The translations under genes were made by a program, and so were the position numbers. The notes beneath the pieces were generated by a model. It was not told the origin of the DNA and searched no databases. It saw nothing but the letters and a program-made list of their open reading frames with translations. Below, in pieces: positions 10,784-20,941 of a DNA stretch of 64,000 nt. This stretch comes from Alphaproteobacteria bacterium (GTDB lineage Bacteria > Pseudomonadota > Alphaproteobacteria > GCA-2731375), in NCBI GenBank assembly GCA_965225945.1, contig CBDDBZ010000038.1, positions 320,001-384,000 on the forward strand. The letters run 5' to 3'. The number at the start of each line of letters is the position of its first letter. The first letter of the stretch is position 1.

Positions 10784-11135
10784 AGGCAACCGATCCACCT
10801 GCCGCCCGGTCGCCCAGGTGGGCCCACAGGAACCTCCCACGCGCGGTCCGCCGCCAGCCGCGTGGTGGGCGCGTCGGCCCGCGCGCGGGCCCCTCCTATG
10901 GACTACCTGTACGACCTCCGCCGTGCATCCCCAAAGGGGTCAACATTGCACGCCGATAGGGGGTCAATGTTCAACGCCGATTGACATGCTGAAGATCATC
11001 CACGCCCTGATGAGCCGGCGCTGACGCACGGAGCGTGGCGGGCGAGGGCTCGCGTGGGCGCGATTAACCGGACGGCAAGACTTTTTCCCTAACTTCGATG
11101 ACGGAATCGCTATCCACATCGAGGGATAACCAGTC

Positions 11136-11468
11136 ATGCAATATGCTGCTGGTGCCGACTTGGAGGCGCACGAACGCCGCATCGACAAGCGATGGAAAGT
11201 GTTCGAGGTAGCGCTGCTCAGCGGGCAGGCCGGCGCTCGGGCCTGCGTCATCGCCAACCTCTCGGCGACAGGCGCGCTGGTCTCCGCCGAACTGGAATTG
11301 GCGATGGGCGCGGAGGTCGTCTTCGAGGTGGAGGATATCGGCCCGCTTCCCGCCACCGTGATGCACCGGCGCGGCTCGCTCATCGGCCTCAAGTTCGAGC
11401 TGGACCGGATCGACAATGCCGAGATCCATGCTTGGCTGGCGGAAGTCGAGAAAGAAGGCGCGGCCTGA
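11136..11468 (+). CDS. single PilZ-domain protein
   Basis: ERRIDKR (RxxxR) and NLSATGA (D/NxSxxG) motifs. Confidence 0.8.
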   Translation: MQYAAGADLEAHERRIDKRWKVFEVALLSGQAGARACVIANLSATGALVSAELELAMGAEVVFEVEDIGPLPATVMHRRGSLIGLKFELDRIDNAEIHAWLAEVEKEGAA

Positions 11469-11476
11469 TACATCCC

Positions 11477-11494
11477 CTAGTGGATAGAATCCAA
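11477..11494 (+). repeat. solo end of the CTAGTGGATAGAATCCAA MITE family
   Basis: 18-bp identity to the termini of the 28486-28772 element. Confidence 0.8.
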
Positions 11495-11590
11495 TCCCGC
11501 CATCTTTGGTAGAATTCAAAACCTGACGAAGCCTCTGTCACATGGACCGGTCATATCCTGTGTTGGCGACAGGGGTTGGCGGCGGGGCGG

Positions 11591-13501
11591 TCAAGCTTTA
11601 TCTCCGTTGGTATAATCCATGATCCGTTGGGCCGCGTCCTCGGCGCTAATTCGCGTCGTGTCCAGCCTGATCTCGGGATTCTCCGGGGCTTCGTAGGGCG
11701 AGTCGAGGCCGGTGAAGTTCTTGATCTCGCCCGTCCGCGCGCGGGCGTAGAGGCCCTTGGGATCGCGCGTCTCGCAGACCGCAAGCGGCGTGTCGATGAA
11801 GATCTCGACGAATTCGTGCCTGTCCACCAGCTCGCGGACCATGTCACGCTCCGCCCGGAAGGGCGAGATGAAGGACACCAGGACGATCAATCCCGCATCC
11901 AGCATCAGCTTCGCGACCTCGCCGATACGGCGGATGTTTTCCACCCGGTCGGCCTCGGTGAAGCCGAGGTCGCGGTTGAGGCCGTGGCGCACGTTGTTGC
12001 CGTCCAGCAGACAGGTATGGCGCCCCTCGGCCTGCAGCTTGCGCTCCAGCAGGTTGGCGATGGTCGACTTGCCCGAGCCCGAGAGCCCGGTGAACCATAG
12101 AATTCGCGGCGTCTGCCGCTTCTGCCCGGCCCGGACCGCCTTGTCGATGTCGACGGCCTGCCAGGGGATGTTTTGCGCCCTACGCAGTCCGAAGTCGATC
12201 ATGCCGGCGGCGACGGTCTGGTTGGAGACGCGATCGATCAGAATGAACGATCCGGTGGCGCGGTTCTCGGCGTAGGCATCGAAGGCGATTTCGGCGTCGA
12301 GGGCGAGGTTGCAGACGCCGATCTCGTTCAAGCCAAGCACCTTGGCGGCCTCGCGGCGCGGCGAATGGAGGTCGATGCGCCCCTTGATTTGGGTCACCGA
12401 GGCCCCGACTACCCGGTTGGCGGCCTTCAGCAAATAGCCGCGGCCCGGCAGCAGATCGAGCTCGTGCAGCCAGATGATGGTGGCCTGGAACTGATCGGCT
12501 TGCTCGGGCCGGGCGCCGGCCGGCGCGATCAGGTCGCCTCGGGCGACGTCCATTTCGTCCGCGAGCGTCAAGGTTACCGCCTCGCCGGCGCGGGCCTCTT
12601 GCCTGTCGCCTTCCCAGGTGACGATCCGCTCGACCCGGCTGGCACGCCCGCCCGGCAGCACCACGATCTCCTCGCCGGGGCGAATACGCCCCGACGCGAT
12701 GGTGCCGGCATAGCCCCGGAAGTCCGAGTTCGCCCGGTTGACCCACTGCACGGACAAGCGAAACGGCCGTGCCTGGATGTCGGAGGCCACGTAGACGGTC
12801 TCCAAATGCGACAGCAAGGTCGGTCCGCGATACCAGGCCATGTTCGCGCTTGACCCCACGATGTTGTCACCCCTCAAGCCCGACAGCGGCACCGCGTGCA
12901 CATCCTCGAGCCCGATCTCGCCGGCGAAGGCGTGGAAATCCTCGGCGATCGTCTCGAAGACCCCCTGGTCCCAGGCCACCAGATCCATCTTGTTGACGGC
13001 CAGAACCACATGGCGGATGCCGAGGAGGGCCGAGATTCGGGTGTGCCGCCGCGTCTGCGTCACCACGCCGCCCCGCGCGTCCACCAGGATCACCGCCAGT
13101 TCCGCAGTGGAAGCACCCGTCGCCATGTTGCGCGTGTACTGCTCGTCTCCGGGGCTATCGGCGACGATGAACTTGCGTTTCGCCGTGGCGAAATAGCGAT
13201 AGGCGACGTCGATGGTGATGCCCTGCTCGCGCTCGGCGGCCAGGCCGTCGAGCAGCAGCGCCAGGTCCATCTCGTGGCCCTGGGTACCGAACTTGCGGCT
13301 GTCGAGCTCCAGCGCGCGAAGCTGGTCCTCGAGGATCAGCTTCGAATCGAACAGGATCCGCCCGATTAGCGTGCTCTTCCCGTCACCGACGCTGCCGCAG
13401 GTGATGAAGCGCAGGACGTCGAGCTCGCCTCGGGCCGCCATATGGCCTTCGATGGCACCGGTTGCCGCCTCGACGCCGACGGTGGGTCGACTCTCCGCCA
13501 T
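11591..13501 (-). CDS. cysNC: bifunctional sulfate adenylyltransferase subunit 1 / APS kinase (CysNC/NodQ-like) with variant motifs
   Basis: [14 protein letters not shown] and NKMD motifs, C-terminal [12 protein letters not shown]-kinase domain. Confidence 0.93.
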   Translation of the reverse strand: MAESRPTVGVEAATGAIEGHMAARGELDVLRFITCGSVGDGKSTLIGRILFDSKLILEDQLRALELDSRKFGTQGHEMDLALLLDGLAAEREQGITIDVAYRYFATAKRKFIVADSPGDEQYTRNMATGASTAELAVILVDARGGVVTQTRRHTRISALLGIRHVVLAVNKMDLVAWDQGVFETIAEDFHAFAGEIGLEDVHAVPLSGLRGDNIVGSSANMAWYRGPTLLSHLETVYVASDIQARPFRLSVQWVNRANSDFRGYAGTIASGRIRPGEEIVVLPGGRASRVERIVTWEGDRQEARAGEAVTLTLADEMDVARGDLIAPAGARPEQADQFQATIIWLHELDLLPGRGYLLKAANRVVGASVTQIKGRIDLHSPRREAAKVLGLNEIGVCNLALDAEIAFDAYAENRATGSFILIDRVSNQTVAAGMIDFGLRRAQNIPWQAVDIDKAVRAGQKRQTPRILWFTGLSGSGKSTIANLLERKLQAEGRHTCLLDGNNVRHGLNRDLGFTEADRVENIRRIGEVAKLMLDAGLIVLVSFISPFRAERDMVRELVDRHEFVEIFIDTPLAVCETRDPKGLYARARTGEIKNFTGLDSPYEAPENPEIRLDTTRISAEDAAQRIMDYTNGDKA

Positions 13502-14403
13502 CAGAAGTAACCCTCGCGCTTCTTCTGCTCCATCGAGGCCTCCGCGTCGTGGTCGATAACCCGTCCCTCGCGCTCCGAGCTGCGCGCGACGAGCATCTCG
13601 GAGAGGATTTCGGGCAAGCTCGTGGCACTCGATTCGATGGCCCCGGTAAGCGGGTAGCAGCCCAGCGTCCGGAACCGCACCAGCTTCATCGCCGGCACCT
13701 CGCCGCGGGCCAAGGGCATTCGGTCGTCGTCGACCATGATCAAGCTCCCCTCGCGCGCCACCACCGGTCGCGGCGCGGCAAAATAGAGCGGCACTAGGGG
13801 GATGTTCTCAAGGTGGATGTATTGCCAGATGTCGAGTTCGGTCCAGTTCGACAGCGGGAATACGCGCAAGCTCTCGCCGGGCCCGACGCGGGTGTTGAAA
13901 AGGTTCCAGAGTTCGGGCCGCTGGCTCTTGGGGTTCCACTGGTGGTTGGCGTCGCGGAACGAGAAGATGCGCTCCTTGGCGCGGCTTTTCTCCTCGTCGC
14001 GCCGCGCCCCGCCGAAGGCGGCATCGAAGTCGTGCCGGTCCAGGACCTGCCGCAAGGCCTGGGTCTTCATCACCTCGGTGTGCACCGAGGAGCCGTGGGT
14101 GAACGGCCCTATGCCGCGATCCAAGCCCTCCTGGTTGACGTGCACGATCAGCTCGAGGCCGAGTTCGCCCGCCGTGCGGTCGCGAAACGCGATCATCTCG
14201 CGGAACTTCCAGGTGGTATCGACGTGAAGCAGGGGGAAAGGCGGCTTCGCGGGATGAAACGCCTTCATCGCCAGGCGCAACATCACCGAGGAATCCTTGC
14301 CGATGGAGTAGAGCATCACCGGCCGGCGGCATTCGGCCACCACCTCGCGCATGATGTCGATGCTTTCCGCCTCCAAGCGGGCGAGGTGGCTGAACTTGCT
14401 CAT
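13501..14403 (-). CDS. cysD: sulfate adenylyltransferase subunit 2
   Basis: [21 protein letters not shown] and [10 protein letters not shown] motifs, KREGYF end. Confidence 0.96.
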   Translation of the reverse strand: MSKFSHLARLEAESIDIMREVVAECRRPVMLYSIGKDSSVMLRLAMKAFHPAKPPFPLLHVDTTWKFREMIAFRDRTAGELGLELIVHVNQEGLDRGIGPFTHGSSVHTEVMKTQALRQVLDRHDFDAAFGGARRDEEKSRAKERIFSFRDANHQWNPKSQRPELWNLFNTRVGPGESLRVFPLSNWTELDIWQYIHLENIPLVPLYFAAPRPVVAREGSLIMVDDDRMPLARGEVPAMKLVRFRTLGCYPLTGAIESSATSLPEILSEMLVARSSEREGRVIDHDAEASMEQKKREGYF

Positions 14404-14648
14404 GAAGTGGGGCCTGTTCGAACTGGCCGCTCTGTAGCCATCGCCATATTCCAAGTCAAGCTGGCCACTCCGTATCGGCGCGGGCCTGCGTTATCGACGG
14501 TCGTTCGCGTCGACCGCTTCCAGCCCCGGAAACCAGTCGTCGATCCGACCGAGCCGCTCGTTTGGTTCCGTGAAACAGCGGTGGCCCGACCGGCGGACGG
14601 CTTTCGCCAAATCCAGCATGACGCCCGGACGCGTCTCGACCCCCGATT

Positions 14649-15071
14649 TCAGGATCCCGACCTCGCCTGAACCCAGTTCTCGATCTCCAGGTCGTCGATG
14701 CGCCGGAATTCCCGTTCGTTGTTGGTGACGAGAACGAAATGTTCCGACCTGGCGTGCGCCGCAATCCAAAGATCGTTGTTTCCGATGATCTCTCCCCTCG
14801 CTTCCAGCTCCGCCCTGATCGATCCATAAGCGCGAGCGGCATCGACGGGGAGCGGAAGTACGGTCAGGAAGCTCGCAAGCTCGTCCAGCTTGCCCATGGC
14901 CGATGCAGCATCGCTACTCTTCGCCGCACCAAATACGAGCTCACCAAAGGTAATGATCGACAAGGCCGCTTCGCCGATGGCAAGGCGTTTGAATCGCTCC
15001 AATAGCTCGGGCGGTCTTCGCTGGCGGATGTAGATGCAGATGTTCGTATCGAGGAGATACTTGGGCACCAT
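14649..15071 (-). CDS. vapC: VapC PIN-domain toxin
   Basis: YLLDTNICIY, DLWIAAHA and LVTNNEREF motifs. Confidence 0.95.
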   Translation of the reverse strand: MVPKYLLDTNICIYIRQRRPPELLERFKRLAIGEAALSIITFGELVFGAAKSSDAASAMGKLDELASFLTVLPLPVDAARAYGSIRAELEARGEIIGNNDLWIAAHARSEHFVLVTNNEREFRRIDDLEIENWVQARSGS

Positions 15072-15305
15072 TCAAAGGCTTTCGCGCGACTGCGGCGGGC
15101 TATCGTTGCGACCATCTGCCATGAAGTCCTCGGGCAATTCGGCCAAAATTTCGAAGGCGCGTCCCATGTCGCGAATCTTTTCGCGCAGCACGACCTCATC
15201 GCCTCTTCTGAAGATCTCGACCTCCTGGCCGCGGAAGCGGAACTGCTTCGGCAGGCGGACGGCCTGACTGTTTCCGGAACGAAATATACGGGCTGTCGGC
15301 ATCAT
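15072..15305 (-). CDS. vapB: VapB antitoxin (AbrB/SpoVT fold)
   Basis: ARIFRSGNSQAVRLPKQFRF. Confidence 0.95.
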   Translation of the reverse strand: MMPTARIFRSGNSQAVRLPKQFRFRGQEVEIFRRGDEVVLREKIRDMGRAFEILAELPEDFMADGRNDSPPQSRESL

Positions 15306-15314
15306 CGACTCCAA

Positions 15315-15338
15315 TGTATATACAGGAACGTATATATT
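15315..15338. promoter_or_regulatory. probable VapBC autorepression operator
   Basis: Perfect palindrome TGTATATACA plus a second GTATATAT just upstream of vapB. Confidence 0.6.
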
Positions 15339-15411
15339 TTTTAAGACATGTCAACGCCAGCCTCCTCGCGCGTCTCGCCCCGTGGCGCGGCGCGTCGGGC
15401 CGCCCGTTGCG

Positions 15412-15720
15412 TCAAGCCCGGGCCGGGTCGGGGCCGACGACCGCGCTCTCCAAGCGTTTCTTTCGCGACGCCCTGCGGACGCGCCTGGCACGATGTGCTT
15501 GGTCGTCGTCGGGCGTGAGGCGGGTGATGGTGGACTTGGCGATCAGGCAAAACCCGCCGTCGCCGTCGACGAAGGGCAGGAAGGGCCGCGGGGAGTCGAG
15601 GATGTCGGAGACACGCATATCCGAGGGGACGAAGATGAACCCCTCCAAGCTCTCGCCGTCGAAGGTCTTCAAATTGACGGCGACGCGGCTCCTCGGTTGC
15701 CATTGCGGATTTTGCTGCAT
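15412..15720 (-). CDS. small hypothetical protein (DUF6812-like)
   Basis: G.L.G.IF......RVSD.L.....FLP pattern. Confidence 0.65.
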   Translation of the reverse strand: MQQNPQWQPRSRVAVNLKTFDGESLEGFIFVPSDMRVSDILDSPRPFLPFVDGDGGFCLIAKSTITRLTPDDDQAHRARRVRRASRKKRLESAVVGPDPARA

Positions 15721-15811
15721 TTCCGGCCAGCTTCCTCGCGCGTCTCGACCGCCGCCCGCTCGCAGTCGGGCCGCCCGAGATGTAGCGCCGAAAAGGTTGA
15801 AATCGTCTTAA

Positions 15812-16417
15812 TCATCGCGCCTGGCGCGGCGCTCGATCCTGCAGCGCGGCCAGGAAGGCGGCGCCATCGCGGGCCAGGAAGGCCTCGGCGGCGAGCGCCG
15901 CGAAAGTCCGGAGCACGATCAGATCCGGCTCGGAAAAGGTGTGCCGTGCCCGAGCCGCCATAATGAGCTGCCCCATCATCTCCGCGCCCCGCGTCATCGG
16001 CCCATAGAGCGTCGAGCCCATCCGCGCCGTCTTCAGGATCTGCTTGAAATCGCCATGTTCGTCGGTGTCGGCGAGGAGCAGCGCCGAGCGTGTCCGGTAG
16101 ACGCGGCCCGGATGGCCGGTATCGATCGGGATGCGGAGGCGGTGCTGCTCGGCGGGAAAGCCGCGCTCGGCGACGAGGACGTGACCGCTCGCCTCGGGCA
16201 GGACCAGGAAGAAGCCGGCGACGAAGAACTGCGTCTCGCCCTGCTTCAACGCGCCCGGCACGAGATCCGCCGAGCGGTCGCCCAAGAGCTCGAAGACCGC
16301 GTCGGTGACGAGACGGAGCGCCGCCTCCGCCTCGTCCACCGCCGCGAGCGCCGCACCGAGCCCGGCCAGGCTATCCAGCGCGGTCCGGCGGAAGACGTCG
16401 AGGTCGCGCCCGCTCAA
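15812..16417 (-). CDS. GAF-domain protein
   Basis: TTG start overlapping the upstream TGA; GHPGRV...GQLI..AR..HTFSEPDL..L..FA GAF-like pattern. Confidence 0.7.
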   Translation of the reverse strand: MSGRDLDVFRRTALDSLAGLGAALAAVDEAEAALRLVTDAVFELLGDRSADLVPGALKQGETQFFVAGFFLVLPEASGHVLVAERGFPAEQHRLRIPIDTGHPGRVYRTRSALLLADTDEHGDFKQILKTARMGSTLYGPMTRGAEMMGQLIMAARARHTFSEPDLIVLRTFAALAAEAFLARDGAAFLAALQDRAPRQAR

Positions 16418-17307
16418 CTTGGCCCGTCCGCCGGATGGACCGCGCGCCAGCGCGCCGCGATCTCCGCCCGGGTGGCGAGCCAGGCCCCTTGGTGGCGCTT
16501 GACGTGGCGGATGAAGGAATCGAGCGCGCCGATCCGCCCCGGCCGGCCGATGATCCGCAAGTGGACGCCGAGCGACATCATCCGCGCAGGCCCCCCCGCC
16601 GCCTCCCGGTGCAACCAGTCGAAGCTGTCGATCGCGTAGTCGAGCCATTGCCTCGGTGTCAGCGCCGGCGCGGTCCACATCTTCATGTCGTTGGAATCCA
16701 TCGCATAGGGCAGCACCAGGATCGGCTTGCCACAGGCCCGGTCCCAGAACGGCAGATCGTCCGAATAGTCGTCCATGTGGTAGCCGAAGCCCTCTTCGAT
16801 CAGCAGGCGCCGGGTATTCTCGCTCAGCAAGTAGCGCGACAGCCAGCCCTCCGGCGCCCGTCCGGTGGTCCGCTCGATGCTGTCGCGGGCGGCCCGGATG
16901 AAAGTGCGTTCCGCCGCCTCGTCCATGGCGAACTGGTGCACCCAGCGGTGACCGTGGGCGCAGACTTCATGGCCCCGGGCGGCGATCTCGGCGGCGAGCT
17001 CGGGCGCCCGCTCCAAGGCGATTGCCGCGGCGGTGAAGGTGACGGCGATCCCGTGGCTGTCCAAGAGCCGCATGACCCTAGGGGCGCCGGCCTTGATGCC
17101 GTAGCGGTAGTTGCTCTCGTTGCCGTAGTTGCGGACCGGCTTGCGGAGCACCACGCTCAGTTCGTCGACCGGGTCCGGACCCCGATCGCCGTCGGCGATG
17201 CTCATCTCCGCACCCTCCTCGACGTTGACGACCAGCGAGACGGCAAGCCCGCCCTCTTCCGGCCAGCGCATCGCGACATCCATGGCGTTATTCTCCCCCG
17301 TGGCCAT
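16414..17307 (-). CDS. polysaccharide-deacetylase family protein (PuuE/allantoinase-like)
   Basis: VVNVEEGAE, AHGHRW, DDLPFW and HLRIIGRPGR motifs. Confidence 0.88.
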   Translation of the reverse strand: MATGENNAMDVAMRWPEEGGLAVSLVVNVEEGAEMSIADGDRGPDPVDELSVVLRKPVRNYGNESNYRYGIKAGAPRVMRLLDSHGIAVTFTAAAIALERAPELAAEIAARGHEVCAHGHRWVHQFAMDEAAERTFIRAARDSIERTTGRAPEGWLSRYLLSENTRRLLIEEGFGYHMDDYSDDLPFWDRACGKPILVLPYAMDSNDMKMWTAPALTPRQWLDYAIDSFDWLHREAAGGPARMMSLGVHLRIIGRPGRIGALDSFIRHVKRHQGAWLATRAEIAARWRAVHPADGPS

Positions 17308-17424
17308 CACCGCGTGGTCCTCCCCGCGTGACGCGAGGCTCGCCGCCGGGCCGCCAAGCTGTCAAGTGAGGCGTCCGGCTTGCTAGACTTCGCGCAACTG
17401 AGGACCGAGCGAAGGAGAGCGACG

Positions 17425-18912
17425 ATGGACGATCCGACACGGGCGGGTGCCCTGGAGCTGGCGGCTGAGATCCGCGCCGGCCGGCTGACGGCGGGCGAGG
17501 TGGTGGCGGCGCATCTCGCCCGGATCGAGGAGTTGAACCCGATCGTCAACGCCGTCTGCACCCTCAACCCCGACGCGGTGGCGGAGGCGGAAGCGGTCGA
17601 TGCCCGCAACCGGGCGGGCGGGGCGCCGCGCGCTCTCGACGGCGTGCCCTTCCTCGCCAAGGACAACCTGTGGACCAAGGGGCTTCGCACCACCTATGGC
17701 TCCCGCCTGCTGGAGGATTTCGTTCCCGACGTCGATTCGATCGCGATTCAACGACTGCGCGCGGCCGGCGCCGTGCTGGTGGGCAAGACCAACACGCCGG
17801 AGTTCGCGCACGACGTGAACACCGCCAACTTCCTGTTCGGCACCACCCGCAACCCTTGGGACCTGAACCGCACCGCCGGCGGCTCCAGCGGCGGCAGCGC
17901 GGCGGCGCTGGCCGCGCGCTTCGCGCCGCTCGCGCTCGGCACCGACCTCGGCGGCTCGATCCGGGGGCCATCGTCGTTCAACAACACGGTCGGCATCCGG
18001 CCCTCGCCCGGACGGGTGCCGGCCTGGCCCACGGATCTCGCCTGGGGCGCCATGGTCTCCAGCGTCACCGGGCCGATGACCAGGAGCGTCGCCGACGCGG
18101 CGGCGATGCTGGCGACAATCTCCGGGCCCGACGACCGCGATCCCGCGACGTTGCCCGAGGACGGTATGGACTATCTGGCGGCCGCGAGTGCGCCGCCGCC
18201 GCTCCAGGGCAAGCGCATCGCATATACCCCCGATATCGGCGGCCTGGTGCCGGTGGCGCCGGAGGTGGCGGCCATGGCCCGGGCGGCGGCGATGCGCTTC
18301 CGCGAGCTCGGCTGCGAGGTGGTCGAGGACTGCTTCGATGCCGCCGGCCTGGTGGAGATCATCTCCGGCACCCGCTCCTTCGCCATGGTCGCGCGTTACG
18401 CCGAGCGTTACGAGGCGCACAAGGAGCTGATGACCCCGCCGCTGCTGGCCCAGATCGAGGCGGGCCTCGCCACCGACATCGCCGCCATGACAGGTGCGGA
18501 GCGAATGCGGGGCGAGTATTGGCAGCGGGTGCGGGTTTTCCTCGAGAGCTACGACTACATCATCACGCCGACGGTCGGCGTGCCGGCCTTCCGGCTCGAT
18601 GCGCCGCTACCAAGCAAGATCGGGGAGCGGGTGGTCGAACGCTATTACGATTCCTTCCTCACCACCTACGCCTTCTCGTTGACCGGACTGCCGATCGTCG
18701 CCGTGCCGGCGGGACTTAGCGCGGAGGGCCTCCCCGTCGGCATCCAGATCGTCGGCCGCCGCCTGCGCGACGACGAGGTGATCGCCGCCGGCGCCGCTTA
18801 CGAGGCGCTGGCACCGGAGCTCTTCCGCACGCCCGAGATCGACCCCGCGAGCGCGGTGGAGCTGGGCGAGGCCTTTTCCTCCCCCGGCCTGGTGCTGAAG
18901 CGGCCGATGTGA
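17425..18912 (+). CDS. amidase signature family enzyme
   Basis: KD, GGSSGGS and GTDLGGSIR Ser-cisSer-Lys motifs. Confidence 0.93.
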   Translation: MDDPTRAGALELAAEIRAGRLTAGEVVAAHLARIEELNPIVNAVCTLNPDAVAEAEAVDARNRAGGAPRALDGVPFLAKDNLWTKGLRTTYGSRLLEDFVPDVDSIAIQRLRAAGAVLVGKTNTPEFAHDVNTANFLFGTTRNPWDLNRTAGGSSGGSAAALAARFAPLALGTDLGGSIRGPSSFNNTVGIRPSPGRVPAWPTDLAWGAMVSSVTGPMTRSVADAAAMLATISGPDDRDPATLPEDGMDYLAAASAPPPLQGKRIAYTPDIGGLVPVAPEVAAMARAAAMRFRELGCEVVEDCFDAAGLVEIISGTRSFAMVARYAERYEAHKELMTPPLLAQIEAGLATDIAAMTGAERMRGEYWQRVRVFLESYDYIITPTVGVPAFRLDAPLPSKIGERVVERYYDSFLTTYAFSLTGLPIVAVPAGLSAEGLPVGIQIVGRRLRDDEVIAAGAAYEALAPELFRTPEIDPASAVELGEAFSSPGLVLKRPM

Positions 18913-19478
18913 TGGCGATGCGTGAAATCACGTTGGCGTTGGAGCCGCTGACCCATGCGGCCTTCGCGCCCTATGGCGCGATAGTGGGCGGCGAGGGACG
19001 CGCGGCGGACTTCGAGGCGGAGCACCTGTGGAACTGGCGGGTGCCGTTCGAAGCCGACGGGCCGACCCAGGTGCTGTTGATCCGCTACAAACACGGCCCG
19101 CCCGTCTTCAGCCGGATGGAACGGCATTTCCATGTGACCCAAGGCTTCATGCCCTTGGGCGGCGTCGCCTCGGCGATGGTGGTGGCGCCACCGAGCGACC
19201 CCGAGGACGCCGAAGCGGTGCCGCCACCCGAGGCGGTCCGCGCCTTCCTGCTGACGGGCGAGGCGGGCGTGATCCTGCACCGGGGCACCTGGCACGCGCT
19301 GCAGCGCTTTCCCCTGGAGCCGCCGCATGTCGACGTCGCCTTCCTGACCGACGCCGCGACGCAGAGCGAGATCGAAGCGAGCGGCACCGCCGGCACGCCG
19401 CCGTTAAGGACGCAGGTCGTGGATTATGCGGAGCGCGAGGGCGTGCGGTTTCGCATCGAGGGGATCACGCCGCCATGA
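18909..19478 (+). CDS. ureidoglycolate lyase (AllA) family
   Basis: EPLT...FAPYG, ERH...TQ.F.PL and GTWHA motifs. Confidence 0.85.
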   Translation: MMAMREITLALEPLTHAAFAPYGAIVGGEGRAADFEAEHLWNWRVPFEADGPTQVLLIRYKHGPPVFSRMERHFHVTQGFMPLGGVASAMVVAPPSDPEDAEAVPPPEAVRAFLLTGEAGVILHRGTWHALQRFPLEPPHVDVAFLTDAATQSEIEASGTAGTPPLRTQVVDYAEREGVRFRIEGITPP

Positions 19479-19515
19479 GATCAAGGGCGAGAGATGACGT
19501 TCCCCGCCGTTCCCT

Positions 19516-20592
19516 TCAAGCCGCCACATTCTCCGCCGCCCGCGCCCGCTCCTCCGCCAGCAATCGCCGCTTGCGGTCCAAGCCCCAGCGATAGCCGCCG
19601 AGGCCGCCGTCCTCGCGGATCGCGCGGTGGCAGGGAATCGCGATCGAGACCGGGTTGGTGGCGCAGGCCCGGCCGACCGCGCGCTGGCCCTTGGGCAGGC
19701 CCAGGTGCTGCGCGATTTCCGAATAGGTCCGGGTCTCGCCCGCCGGGATCCGCGTCAGCTCCTCCCAAACGCGGCGCTGGAAGGCGGTCCACCGCACGTC
19801 CAACGGCAGTTCGAGAGGCGGCATGCGACCCGACAGATGCGCCACCACCGCGTCGGTCCAGGCGCCGAGCACCGCGTCGTCGCGCCGCATCGTGGCGCGC
19901 GGATACTCCGCCCGCAGTTCCGCCTCCAACGCCCGCGCATCGTCGCCGAACGCGATGAAGGCGACCCCACGCGTGGTCGCCGCGACCAGCAGCAGCCCCA
20001 AGGGAGAGTCGGCCACGGCAAAGGCCATGGCGGCGCCGGCGCCCCCCTTGGCATAGCTCGCCGGTGTCATGCCCAGTTCGCCCGGCGCCCGCTCGTAGAC
20101 CCGGCTGGAGGCGCCGTAGCCGGCCTCGTAGACCGCGCCCGTCACCGCCTCGCCCGCCTTCAAGCGATCCTTCAGCCGCGCGAGGCGCAGCGCGTCGGCG
20201 TAGCCCGACGGGCTGAGGCCCATAACCCGCTTGAAACTCTTCTGCAAATGATGCGGGCTGACGCCCAGCGCCGCGCCCAAGTCCGCCAAGCCCGGCGCGC
20301 CGTCCAAGCCTTCGTCGAGCGCGGTCTCGATCAGGGCGCAGACCCGCCTGGCGGTCTCGACGTGGGGGTCGGTCGGCTTGGCCGTGTCCGGGTCGCAGCG
20401 CTTGCAGGCGCGAAAGCCGGCGAGCCGGGCCGCCTCCGGCGTCGGGTAGAAATCGACGTTCTCCCGCTTCGGGGTCCGGCTCGGGCAGCCCGGCCGGCAA
20501 TAGATCCCGGTGGTCTTGACCGCGATGATGAAAGTGCCGGCGGCTCGGCGATCGCGCGCTTGGGTCGCCTGCCACATGTCCTCGGTGCGCAT
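19516..20592 (-). CDS. ada: Ada bifunctional regulator / O6-methylguanine methyltransferase
   Basis: CRPGC..RACKRC zinc site, AraC HTH, IPCHR active site. Confidence 0.95.
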   Translation of the reverse strand: MRTEDMWQATQARDRRAAGTFIIAVKTTGIYCRPGCPSRTPKRENVDFYPTPEAARLAGFRACKRCDPDTAKPTDPHVETARRVCALIETALDEGLDGAPGLADLGAALGVSPHHLQKSFKRVMGLSPSGYADALRLARLKDRLKAGEAVTGAVYEAGYGASSRVYERAPGELGMTPASYAKGGAGAAMAFAVADSPLGLLLVAATTRGVAFIAFGDDARALEAELRAEYPRATMRRDDAVLGAWTDAVVAHLSGRMPPLELPLDVRWTAFQRRVWEELTRIPAGETRTYSEIAQHLGLPKGQRAVGRACATNPVSIAIPCHRAIREDGGLGGYRWGLDRKRRLLAEERARAAENVAA

Positions 20593-20728
20593 ATTCTACT
20601 CCTCGTCGTCGTGTTTCGACGATGGATGTAGCGCAGCCCGGACGGCACGAATATCCGGATCCTGCGGCCACGGTCGAAGAGTTTATCACGCGCGCGATGG
20701 CAAGATGGAGGCAAGAGTGTCTGACCAA

Positions 20729-20891
20729 GGATAAGGGGACACAATACTTATCTTCATGAAGATAAGTATCCTGTTCCCCTTATCCTGTTCCCCTTATCCT
20801 GTTCGTGTCCCCTTATCCTGTTCCCCTTATCCTGTTCCCCTTATCCTGTTCCCCTTATCGTTCCCCTTATCCTGTTCCCCTTATCCTGTTC
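20729..20891. repeat. 26-bp perfect palindrome followed by about 9 copies of a 14-bp tandem repeat (TATCCTGTTCCCCT)
   Basis: ATACTTATCTTCATGAAGATAAGTAT at 20744-20769; repeat units read directly. Confidence 0.92.
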
Positions 20892-20941
20892 GGCGGATGG
20901 CGAGATGGAGACGAGGGCGCCAGCGACGCGGCCAGACACCG

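Larger units (their letters stand above)
8442..10986 (+). mobile_element. IS21-family insertion sequence (2545 bp)
   Basis: TG...CA ends, repeated TTGACCCC/GGGGTCAA subterminal motifs, 8-bp direct repeat TGCTGAAG at 8434-8441 and 10987-10994. Confidence 0.96.

Noticed and set aside
20767-20891. Possible CRISPR array
   Set aside because: The 14-bp units are head-to-tail with no spacers, and there are no cas genes in the window
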